This document shows, one piece after another, positions 13,413 to 24,463 of a DNA stretch of 64,000 bases. The DNA comes from Tubulanus polymorphus. Taxonomy: Eukaryota; Animalia; Nemertea. The position numbers were made by a program, and so were the translations under genes. Where the stretch lies: NCBI RefSeq assembly GCF_964204645.1, contig NC_134032.1, positions 9,474,275 through 9,538,274 of the forward strand, given 5' to 3'. How positions within the stretch are numbered: position 1 is the first letter of the stretch; every line of letters begins with the position of its first letter. The notes beneath the pieces are model-generated. The model did not search any database, had not been told where the DNA came from, and saw nothing but the letters and a program-made list of their open reading frames with translations.

Positions 13413-14658
13413 ATGAAATTATAAGTGATTATAGTTTGTTTGGGAGTATTATTTCCAGGCCTGACCGCCTTAACGAAGCTTCCAAGTCCTTACAGTAAGT
13501 ACGATAAGAGTAAAAATCAGTTCCCCAGTCAACCTGATCGTCTTCCTTTTGGTGGATACGAACCTTGTGGTATCGTAAGATTCTGCCACGTGCCTCATCC
13601 GTGTGGATTTTAGGAGCGCATCAAGCCTCATAGGCTGACTGATGGTAGGACACAAGAAAAAGGACGAATCACCGAATATTGTATCATTACTGGTACAATC
13701 CATCATCTTATTTTAAAACATATACTATGGTATCACATGTATGTATATACATAATCAGCTTGCATCACATGCACAATTGAGATTCATCATTGAGAGAAAG
13801 TCAAATAATGCGCCTTTTTCGAGTAAATCGCGACGGCATGCGACCGTTCATCAAACCGTCTCGGGAATTGATCCATGATGGTGTCGTGATAGGCACGTTC
13901 TTCGAGGAACTCTGTGGTCTGGATATGAAACTGATGGTAGAATGTTGAATAATTAACAATACTTGACAGAGAAAATTAAAGAAGGCAATTTAGCTGTACA
14001 CAGAATGTGATCAGCAGTCATTTTGCGCAATTGTGTCACCTTATGGAGGCCACAAATGGAATTGTCCATTCTCTATTTTTCACAGCAGTTCAAAGTCTAC
14101 ACCGCACTAGCGAAATCTGCTGGATACCATTGCCACAGTAGTCGATGCTGCTGCACAGTAGCGCACAGTGGATCATCGGTTGCCACAGGGTCATTATTTG
14201 ACAACTCCATGGGCATCCCTTAAATTTTCAAACGTCGACGAACGTTGGCACATGGTCTGCATTTGCTAAATTAGCAAAATAAAATCGATGCATGCAAAGT
14301 AAACGGGAACTTGTCTACGTATCGGCCTCAGATTGCACCAGAACCAAATTTTCAAAAATCGTCTGGGGGACGATGAGATTCCCATTCTATTCCTAAAAAA
14401 GAACTCCCCAAAAAATTCTGGGAGCGCCCCTGAAACTCTTAATATGTTTTCGTTTGTTTTTCTCTCACAGCTTTTGGAGAATGGATCGATGATATATGGA
14501 CTCATTCGTGTAACTGCCCGGGTCGTCCAAGTGAGAGCGGGGTCTACTACGTCGGCCGTCGTGGACTGGCGAATAAATGCCCGACAGGGATGGGTTATCG
14601 ATTTTATTGTCTGAAGGGAACTTGGAGCGATATAAGCACTTGCTGTCATAAAAATTAA
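13413..14658 (+). pseudogene. Secreted beta-defensin-fold peptide precursor resembling sea-anemone BDS/APETx toxins; coding exons 13413-13494 (alternative donor after 13644) and 14471-14658; in-frame TAA at codon 4
   Basis: Exon 2: ATG AAA TTA TAA GTG... = MKL*VIIVCLGVLFPGLTALTKLPSPY (signal-peptide-like) ending at A|GTAAGT (phase 1). Exon 3 after tttttctctcacag (phase 1): (T)FGEWIDDIWTHSCNCPGRPSESGVYYVGRRGLANKCPTGMGYRFYCLKGTWSDISTCCHKN*. Cys frame CxC-x20-C-x9-C-x10-CC with GVYY and CPxxxGY motifs; ATTAAA at 14685. Confidence 0.72.
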
Positions 14659-15718
14659 ACAGAAAAATCTGTCAGAATGCGCGCATTAAAATGATTTGCC
14701 CGTTGCAAAAATGCTTCTTGGACTCAATAATTTCAATGGTTTTTACAACGTCTATGATAGCTTATCGGATTTTGTTCCAAGCACTACGAACCGTTACATG
14801 CATGATTATTGTCGTATGTTTTGATTTCATAGTCTTCTGATCGGAAGAAACCATTTTCTGAACCGGTCGGTCACCAGATGCAAATATGACATGACCACTG
14901 AAGCAGTACGGTAGGTTCCAGATCTCTTAGCTATAGCCATACGAATCATGTTAGTACTAATAAGTGCGACAAATCTGTATATGCGTAGTATTTTTCCTGC
15001 TTCGCGATATTTTCAAGGTCGTTACGAAGAAAATAGAATACAGTAGGCCTAGTCTTACGTTATTCTTCATTTTCCTTGCAAAATTTATGTTCAGCCCTCA
15101 GGGTTATAAGATGTACCGGTACAATTTTTGGGGTTATAGAAATGAGGTAATTTATTTCGAATTTTCGCGTCACTTCTGCTGTTATTAAAAAAAACTAACA
15201 AGAAATCTAATTCATCATGTTCAGTCGCAATCAGCGATTAAGAAATACTCAGGAACTTACAGGGATGAAGCGGTCGTACGATTCGGACTTTATTCGTAAT
15301 CCTAATTATTTATTTGTGTAGAAGAACTGACATGCACGAGTCAATATAAGTACTAAACATGTATTTGAATATATGTTGAATATATAATGAATGCGAAATT
15401 CTTTATGCTTTACGGTGACTTTTGTCCATATGCGTAGTACATACCGGTATGTAAAAAAATGTATTCTACTACAAAAACAAGATTTGCGTGTAAATGAGGA
15501 ACACCACTATTCAGGAACATGGATTACATACCTTTGTAAAAGAATGTTCAAAAGAAAAATTATGTATTGTGAGCTTTTTGCTCGATTTTTTTCTGTAGAC
15601 AATTGTAGGCCGAAGTGTCAGCTTTGACTCATTCATCTAAAATTTATTCTGGTTTTCGTGAACGGTACTGGTCGCAATAGCGGCTGGATATTTTACTAAA
15701 TTTTTGTAATCATGGCCA

Positions 15719-16487
15719 TATTATCTCATATGCCTCGGAGAATAAAAGATGTAAACAAATAAATCAAATTTAAGATACCGAATGCTTATAAACATGGCGG
15801 AATACCCAACATATGGCACCAGCTTTCATTAACAAAACAATAGCTAATGGCCGCGCAATGAAAACTTCTAAAGCGAATATTGTCTAAAAATCTAAAACTG
15901 TTTATGACTGCGAATGCCACAATTTTGTATGGTTTATTTCCAATGTAAAAACATACCATCGTTGATCCAGCGTTAGCTGAAACTGTCGACGCAAGCCCCA
16001 ATAAATCATTTGCAATCGTCAGAATCCACCACAATGACGCAAAAGCGGACTTGAAGATAGCGCTTTGTGCTGTTAGTCGACCGAACCAGAACGGATATAG
16101 ATGACCATATCTAAAGGTAAGTCTGTCGCTTGCCGCATAACACACCCGCATCGAAAACAAATCGAGTGATTGAGACACTGGTTGCTCCTCTGAGGATTTA
16201 TCTTGAACTTTTGTAGGATCTCAGAGGTAACGGTGATTATAGTAACGCAAGCTGCCTCAATTATCAGTAATGCCAAACTAACAATACAGACAATCTACAG
16301 GACTGCACTGAAACCGGGTCTTACAAGAACTATACTTATCTTCTTCCAGTCGGCCAGATTTGTGGACAGATCAATGACATAAATCCTGGGGAACGTATGC
16401 TGCTTCCTCGTCAGTTGAGCCGTTGTCAACCAAACCTTTTTGATCCGCATCTTTATCTTCCGTTGTCAGTTTAAATTCATCGAGCTT
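15719..16487 (-). pseudogene. Decayed SLC18A-like transporter copy (psi-A)
   Basis: RLTFRYGHLYPFWFGRLTAQSAIF...ANAGSTMV in the ORF track; start codon mutated (AAG at 16485-16487), frameshifts, and a large internal deletion joining the TM5 region to the TM11 region near 15885. Confidence 0.88.
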
Positions 16488-17609
16488 GTCAGCTAACGGG
16501 TGCGGTACGAATATTTCAATGTCGATCGAGAGTTGTGTCTCCTCCCGTTATATGACTTAACCCAGTTTAAGATTAACCCCTACTGAAAAATATTGCTCGA
16601 AGATTTTTCCATGATGATTTATGGTCAAATGATATTGTGATTAGAATTGATTATTTGATTCCATAATATGGTTAAGATCAGGAAATCAAACTTGAATATA
16701 ATTATAAATCAAATTATTTTAGCCTAATAATTATCTTGAAATGTATATCCCCATTTTGTACTCTTACTTAAAGCTGTATCTTATCAACTGTAGACCTACT
16801 GAAAAAATGATGATTTAATCAATCTCTGATATATCTATAATTTTGATTTAGTTTTGAAATAGTTATGACTAGGTGCTCAAACTAAACATAACTATGATAG
16901 AATAACCAATCAATTATACTTATCATTGAAATGTTAGCATAATCATGACAAAATGAAAATGATTAAATATAGTAATTGTAAAATAATCTAAAAATAATTA
17001 AATAGAGTAATTGTTATTCAATGTAGTTATGATTAGGTGATTAAATTGATTAATCCACAAGATAGTTAACGATAAAAGATTTGAATGTAGTTAATGAATC
17101 AATAATACATCATTCATGTTTATTAAGAACAATATAAAATGACATTCATGTCGCAGATAAAACACAATGATTAGGTGTATACCCAACCAAAACTGTAGCT
17201 CATGGAATGCAAGTGTCTATATCGACCCTTCGTAGCTCAGGTGGTAAAGCTAGTAGAACCGGGTTCTTACCGGGCAGAGCTCGTAGAAGTTTCTACACGA
17301 AATAGAAACGGCAAATGCGGCCATCTGATTGGTCGGTGACGATGGACCGGGTTCTAAATATTCCGAGAACGAAAATGTGGTTTAAACGAGTATGAATTTG
17401 AATTCATACATTAGCTTAATTAAACACGCGTTTTTCGTTGGCGACAGATGTACCAGACTCAATCTCTGCCAATTAATTTGCATGCAGGAAAATCCTGTTT
17501 AACCGGCTTTTTCACGCGGTGCTATCTAACCGGTTATCCTTCGGAAAGGCTTCAAAATTTAGAATGATGCTCTAAAACCATCATTCAATCATCGCTGATA
17601 TTTATTACG

Positions 17610-18490
17610 TTACCATGCTTCTAAGGTCACCACAAAAATTGTAGAGTTCGAGACGGAAAGAAATATGTAAATAGAATTTGAAATACCGATACTAATAAAT
17701 GTAGCCGTATACCCAACGTACGGCTGTATGGAACCGATATTGAAAAGTAAGATAAAGACTGGCTTAAACATTCGAAGCGAATATTGTCTCTTGATCGTAT
17801 TTCTGATGAGCAATATCTGACACCAGCAAACTTAACGCTTATAAATAAATCAAATCCGTCAAATTGCAAAACCGAACATATATAACCATCGTATCGACAC
17901 AACATCAAAATTTCTACAATAATGTCTGATGTATTTTCGAATGCCCTGGATATAACTGTTGACCCGGACTTAGCCACGAATGCTTCCGCCGGTCCTACTA
18001 ACGTATGTGCATAATAATCTGCTGAATCCACCACAATGACGCCAAAACACACATGAAGATAGCGCTTTGTGCTGTTCGTAGACCAAACCAGAATGGATAT
18101 AGATGACCATATTTGAAGGTAAGTCTGCCACTCAGTACATTATCAAAAATCATTCCCGCATCGAAAGTAAATCGAGTAACACGGAAACCTTTACAGTTAC
18201 CCGTTGGTCCTCCGAGGATTTTTTTTTTAATTCTTGAAGAATCTCAGAAGTAACGGTGATTATATACCACTACGTCATGCTGCAGCACAGTAATGCCTAA
18301 CAAACAATACAGACAATAAAAACTACAGGACTGCACTGTGAACCTGGTCTTACAGGAACTAGAACCTCTCTTCTTCAGGTACTTTGTAGACAGTATCAAT
18401 GGTAGCTATGCATTCTGTTTCCTAGAAAATTGCGTCTTTTTCAACCAAATGTTCTCTATCTTCTCCGTAACTTTCAAACCATTGGGCACC
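17610..18490 (-). pseudogene. Decayed SLC18A-like transporter copy (psi-B)
   Basis: Fragments homologous to the intact copies (IQPYVGYTATFISIGI; tagatgaccatatttgaaggt; acaggactgcactg), with many indels and a central deletion. Confidence 0.85.
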
Positions 18491-18789
18491 ATCGCTGGCA
18501 TCTTTGGCCATCGGATTACCTTGTTTTCACCACACTCATTTTTTCTCATTTCTCGAATTTTCATTATTGCGATGCTTAGTATTTTCGATCATATCTGAAT
18601 AGATCGATCATGGTGTTTGAGGTAGGTGAACGTTCTGCTCTTACAGAACCGTTTATTGAAATAAGGCCCGGAAAAACTAGCATGTATATTACTGGCATGT
18701 ATTCTGATATACGGACTTGCTTTTTATGAATTATGTTTTAGTGGCTTAAATGTCTATGTAACTGTATTATTGTACGTACTGACGCAAAT

Positions 18790-19200
18790 TCTGCGTATAA
18801 GACCTCCACTGGAGACAAAACAGAGGAACTGTAGATTTTGCAATGGAACTGATCTTGAAGATGAATATCATTTTATTCTAAAATGCTCTAGATTTAGTAC
18901 ATAGATTTATTTATTCAGTTATTGAGCACACAGAATGGGAACGAATTTCTGAAATCAGGTGAATACTGTTGCATAGGTCTGAAAAGAATCCAAACATGTA
19001 TATGATTTAGTTTAACATCAGCGTTGGTATATCCTCGACTTCACTACTTTACAAATTGATGGGTGCCGATACAGAAACGGCGTTATATTTTCCGAAATGT
19101 ATTGTATCGCATTGAATGTACTGTATTTATAGAAATTTATTGTAATGAAATTAAGAACCATGATGGTCTATTTCAATAAACTTAAACTTAAAACTTAAAA
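18790..19200 (+). mobile_element. 3' fragment of non-LTR retrotransposon (RTE-X/CR1-like); duplicated at 25202-25640
   Basis: RNCRFCNGTDLEDEYHxILKCSRF zinc-knuckle-like ORF2 C-terminus; ends in aataaa(cttaaa)n tail. Confidence 0.75.
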
Positions 19201-19932
19201 CATATATTCTGACTCTAAAACAAGTTTTAGATTCCATAGTTCGTACATGTCAAACAGGTTTTTTATGAGAAGGATAAATTTAAAGCCCACTAACTTGTTT
19301 CGGTCAATCTAAAGATTGCGAATGGTCTCTGGAAGGTACATGAACGTATATTTCATTATTTCAATGAAAATAATACAGAAATACGTAGACTATGATAGAG
19401 TCAGTGAATTAACGATAGCAGTCTGAACAAGGCCAAAAAGACTGTACAAGCACTGGCAGATTTCTCGTGAAAAAAGTTAAACGATAAGTAACACGATTGA
19501 TATCATTCTAATGATTATTTTGCGCTTTGAAACTTACCACGAGAAATTCGATGAAGGTTCGAGTAAACAGACAAAATTTCACTACGAGCGTGTTTTGCCG
19601 ACACTTCAAGGGACGTAATTAGTAGGTTGTTACTGCGAAGTATTCGAGCATTAGCCCAGGTAAGGTAACAAATCTCAGTCGACACTTATGCTTTATGGCA
19701 CATCCTTTGATCCGTTAGGGAATTAGAAAAAAAACCATCTCTTGTGACTTGCGAAAATATTGCGATTATCAATCAATGAAAAAATTCCAAAAGCATCGCC
19801 GCCTACCATATCAACGTGCCAGTGCAGTTTGAGCAAAAGTAAAGTATAGTAAGGTAATGTAAAGTTTATGGAGCAGCCACCTTCGACTAGTTCGCCATCT
19901 GGCGGAAAATTATGTCAGTCACTGATCTCATA

Positions 19933-21315
19933 TTACGTCATCACCAGATTATCTCCTATCCCTCTAAGAATAGAAGACGTAAGCGAATAAACCAAATTCA
20001 AAATACCGATGCTTATAAATATGGCTGTATACCCAACATATGGTTGCATGGCACCGGCTATCATCAGCAAAACAGTAGCTAATGGCCGACCAATAAAGAT
20101 ATCTAAAGCCAGTATTGTCTCGTAATGTTGATCGTATTTCTGATCTGCAGCATCTGACAACCAAGAATAATAAAATCCACCGAACAGACTAAGTGCCAAC
20201 GTATAGATGCTATCCGGACCGAAAGCGTGCCAGATATTACTAATAAACGGATAAGAAAACATTGAAATTGTCGCTAGAAGGCAATAAATCATAGCGTAAA
20301 TCCATCGGTAGTTTCTAGTTTTAGACACAATAAATCCAAACATGTTTGTAGCAATAATGAAGAGAACTGCTGATGACAGTCTTACAGTCGCTAGTTTCCA
20401 ATTTGCCATCGTAAAACTGTCCAAAATCCATAATGGTAGCAACGTGTAATATGTGATATACATGGTACAATCCATAAAGTTGATGCCGAGTAAGACAACT
20501 GTTTGCGCGTCAGTGAGCATTGCTTTCACAACGCTGAGCTGGAATTGAGATTCTGTTTTTGAATCGCCGATGTTGTTCGGTATATCCACGAAGGTGCGAA
20601 TAAGAATCGTTATCCCTATCGCAGCAAAAAGGATCCAGAATGGAGTAGCGCGCCCGATCAATTGAACCTCGTACAAAGCAACCGCAAAACCAAAGGCGTT
20701 TCCACCAAATCTACAACTGTATATAACCGCAAATGCCAAGATTCGGTCCGATTTATTTTCAAAAGTAAAAGATAGCATCGTTGACCCGGCATTAGCTACA
20801 AATGCTACCGCAAGTCCTACTAACGTATTTGCAACCGCCAGAATCCACCACAATGACGCAAAAACAGAAATGAAGATAGCGCTTTGTGCTGTTAGTAGAC
20901 CAAACCAGAACGGATATAGATGACCATATTTAAAGGTGAATCTGCCACTCAGTACATTACCAAAAATCATTCCCGCATCGAAAGTAAACCGAGTAACGGA
21001 AACCTTTACGGTTACCTGTTGGTCCGCCGAGGATTTATTTTGAATATCCTGTAGGATATCAGAAGTAATGGTGATAATAGTACCACAAGTTGCTTCCATT
21101 ATCAATAATGCCAAACTAACAATACACACAATAACTACAGGACTGCACTGAAACCGCATCTTACAAGAACTACACTTTCCTTCTTCTGGTATATCACTGT
21201 GAGAGAGAGTATCAATAGCTCCGTATTCAGTTTCCTCGCCAGTTTCGCCATTGTCAACCAATTCTTTTTTATCCTCATCCTTATCTCCTGTCGTCATTTT
21301 AAATTCATTGAGCAT
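19933..21315 (-). CDS. Intronless MFS transporter, divergent SLC18A (VMAT/VAChT) family, copy 1 (460 aa)
   Basis: ~12 hydrophobic segments; long ungapped matches to recalled VMAT2 sequence (LPLWILDSFTMANWKLA ~ LPIWMMETMCSRKWQLG; IATNMFG ~ IGTNIFG; RWIYA ~ RWLCA; PFISNIWHAFGP ~ PFAKNIYGLIAP; VGYTAIFISIGILN ~ IGFPWLMTIIGIID). Confidence 0.9.
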   Translation of the reverse strand: MLNEFKMTTGDKDEDKKELVDNGETGEETEYGAIDTLSHSDIPEEGKCSSCKMRFQCSPVVIVCIVSLALLIMEATCGTIITITSDILQDIQNKSSADQQVTVKVSVTRFTFDAGMIFGNVLSGRFTFKYGHLYPFWFGLLTAQSAIFISVFASLWWILAVANTLVGLAVAFVANAGSTMLSFTFENKSDRILAFAVIYSCRFGGNAFGFAVALYEVQLIGRATPFWILFAAIGITILIRTFVDIPNNIGDSKTESQFQLSVVKAMLTDAQTVVLLGINFMDCTMYITYYTLLPLWILDSFTMANWKLATVRLSSAVLFIIATNMFGFIVSKTRNYRWIYAMIYCLLATISMFSYPFISNIWHAFGPDSIYTLALSLFGGFYYSWLSDAADQKYDQHYETILALDIFIGRPLATVLLMIAGAMQPYVGYTAIFISIGILNLVYSLTSSILRGIGDNLVMT

Positions 21316-23012
21316 CGTTACTGATGACTATACAACTGGTTGCGATTGGTTTCATGTGAATATCAGATCACACTCGATACTTACTGCAAAATAACGTTCA
21401 CAGTGGTTATCGATAAAATCTGTGATCGGATGTTACCAATTAGGTTTAGTTAGAAGTTCCATGGTGCTAATCTTGTCAAAGAATAATCAATACGTTCACC
21501 CCAGTCCACGTTCGATACATAGTAATGTTATTTTTTTCAAAGCATATGTTACTTGTGGTGACCTCCGTATAGCACAAGGAATGAGTGAATAAAAGCTATT
21601 TTTAGAATACCCCAAGTATACGGATTTTGTTAGACATTTATTACTGCCCTTTTATGGTACGAATTCGTAATGAATGATCGCGACACTGCTTAAATTGACC
21701 TCAAAGCGAACTTGCATTTTCTAAGTAGCACTGCTCATTACTGACTTTCTTTTCAATCTGCATGCAAATGCAAGCGGTAAATGCATGCACATGAGAAATT
21801 GCACATGAGAAATGAAAGGCGAACATAAAACAGAGAAAACTAAAACTGGTTTAATCAAAAGCTTTGATGAGCAGATGGGTTTTGAGATGAGATTTAAAAA
21901 TATCAATTGAAGGACTAGATTTAATTGGACTAGGTAAATTATTCCACAGTACTGGGGCAGAGTACGCAAAGCCGCCTCTACGCCTGGCTGAGACAGGATT
22001 TTTGCGGGGAATTACTTACCCAAGGTTACTTCGAGCCTACTGCCTAAACATGAAACTGAAGAATAATGCTATTCTTATGTCCAGTTTATAGTGAACGTCA
22101 CTTTGAGTTGTTTTAACTTCAAACAATCCCTAAAGGAGTTTTAATTATAGTATCAGCATAGACTTCATCGTATTTCGACGAAGTCTTCTAAAAGGCTCTT
22201 GAGTCCGTCCGGAAATGATTGCTCACAAAATGCTGCGTATCGATACTCTTCTTTTAATTGTACTGTACAATTTCGATGAGCGATTAGTGCCATTTAAACC
22301 ATTACCAATCAAACAGGAATCAATATGAAAAGAATTCTGCGAAAAGTATTAAGACGTATAGCGCTGGTCACTTCAGTGTATTTCCACCTTAAAGACTCCC
22401 ACAAAGCAAGTATTACCAATAGCATCATTATTTAATACAATTTCATTATCAGTTGTCTCGAAGAATAAAAGATATAAACGAATAAGTAAAATTTAAAATA
22501 CCGATGCTTATGAATATGGCTGTATACCCAACATATGGTTGTATGACTCCAGCTATCAATAGCATAACCGTAGCTAATGGCCGCCCAATAAAAACGTCTA
22601 AAGCCAATATTGTCTCGTAATGTTGATCGTATTTCTGATCTGCAGCATCTGACAACCAAGAATAATAAAATCCACCGAACAGACTAAGTGCTAATGTATA
22701 GATGCTATCCGGACCGAAAGCTTGCCAGATATTACTAATAAACGGATAAGAAAACATTGAAATTGTAGCTAGAAGGCAGTAAATTATAGCGTAAATCCAT
22801 CGGTAATTTCTAGTTTTAGACACAATAAATCCAAATATATTTGTAGTAACAATAAAGAGAACTGCTGATGACAGTCTTACAGTCGCTAGTTTCCAATTTG
22901 CCATCGCAAAACTGTCCATAATCCATAATGGTAACAGCGTGTAATATGTGATATACATGGTACAATCCATAAAGTTGATTCCGAGTAAGACAACTGTTTG
23001 TGCGTCAGTGAG
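20663..23012. repeat. Near-identical segmental duplication with 32970-35320 (offset 12307)
   Basis: 5' half of copy 1 + 1.1-kb spacer + 3' half of copy 2 equals 5' half of copy 5 + spacer + 3' half of copy 6; identical spurious ORFs at 21721/34028 and 22432/34739. Confidence 0.95.
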
Positions 23013-23809
23013 CATGCTTTCACAACAATGAGCTGGAATTAAGTTTCTGTTTTTGAATCGTCGTGGTTGTTCGGTATTTCAATGAAGGCACGCATGAGTA
23101 TCGTTAGCCCTAAAGCAGCGAAAATGATCCAAAATGGAGAAGCGCGCCCGATCAATTGAACCTCGTACAAAGCAATCGCAAAACCGATGGAATTTCCACC
23201 GACTCGAGAACTGTATATGACCGCAAATGCCACAACTCTGTCCGATTTATTTTCGAAAGCAAAATACACCATCGTTGACCCAGCGTTAATAACGAATCCT
23301 ACTGCCAGCCCTACTAACGAATTTGCAATCGTTAGAATCCACCAGAAAGACGCAAAAGCGGACATAAAGATAGCACTTTGTGCTGTTAGTAGACCGAACC
23401 AGAACGGATATAGATGTCCGAATTTGAAGGTAAGTCTACCACTAAGAAAAGTGCCAAAAAGCACTCCTGCATCGAAAGCAGATTTAGTAATCGAAACCTT
23501 TACAGTTATCCGTTGGTCCTCCGAGGATTTGTTTTGAACTTCCTTCAGGAGATCAGATGTAACGAAAATTACAGTTCCACAAGCTGTTTCCAGTATCAGT
23601 AAGACCATACTAACAATACACACAATAACCACAGGACTGCACTGAAACCGCATCTTACAAGAACTCGTCTTTTCTTCTTCTGTTACTTTAGAGAGAGTAT
23701 CAACAGCTCCGTATTCGGTTTTGTCGACAGTTGCGCCATTGTCAACCAATCCTTTTCTATCCGCATACTCATCTTCCGTCGGCACTTTCAGTTCATTGAG
23801 CAGCATCAT
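22449..23809 (-). pseudogene. SLC18A-like copy 2, split in the central loop (N-half 23039-23809, C-half 22449-23015)
   Basis: CAA>TAA at 23039-23041 plus a 1-nt deletion (agcattgc>agcatgc) near 23015; the C-half protein is identical to that of copy 6; otherwise no lesions. Confidence 0.88.
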
Positions 23810-23914
23810 TTGCGGTTGTGATGGGTGGTAATTGGTGAAATCGGTTGCTGGAAACATAACATAGATACGTCACATTTTTGTGAACGTCGCGGTAAAATAA
23901 AATGCAGGTCATTA

Positions 23915-24095
23915 CTAGATTATTATATGCTTCGGAGAAGATGCGATGTGAACAAATGAATATAATTTAGAATACCGATTTTTATAAATAATGCCCGTAT
24001 ACCCAAAACATGGTTGTATGGCTCCATTAAGCTAAAAATCGACTAACGAGAATATCAAAAGCGAATATTGTCTCGTAATATTAATCGCATTTGCA
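23915..24095 (-). pseudogene. Short C-terminal remnant of an SLC18A-like copy
   Basis: aataccgat...cgtatacccaaaacatggttgtatggctcc...gcgaatattgtctcgtaat resembles the TM11-TM12 coding sequence of the intact copies. Confidence 0.65.
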
Positions 24096-24463
24096 ATATG
24101 TTAATCTACCATTATTTGAATATACACCTAACTGCATACTTAACTTGATATTCTATTCATTGAACCCTTTTCGTAGTCTTTTTAACACCGTTAACTAACA
24201 GTAAGCTACTTGCCTATGTGCCAGTATGTCTTCTGGTATGAAACAAAATGAATTAAAAATAAATAATTTTCACACTAAAATGTTTCGATGTATAGGTTAG
24301 AAACTGAGGTCATATTTTTTTGTTTAGCGCGAAGCGTTCTATTCGCGTAGATATGTGACCGAGCTTGAACCCGGCTTGAGACTCGTCCGAGACATATCTA
24401 ATACCACAAACTCGTTGTACCAGCCTTTTACCGTTGAAATATAAATCCTCATTTCATATACCT

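Noticed and set aside
14266-14649. ORF-track ORFs 14266-14649 (-) and 14333-14614 (+)
   Set aside because: They overlap the cysteine-rich exon in other frames; neither resembles a known protein, whereas the third frame has a clean acceptor and a defensin-type Cys pattern.
21721-21969. 82-aa ORF repeated identically at 34028-34276
   Set aside because: Identity reflects the recent segmental duplication; non-ATG start and no recognisable domain.
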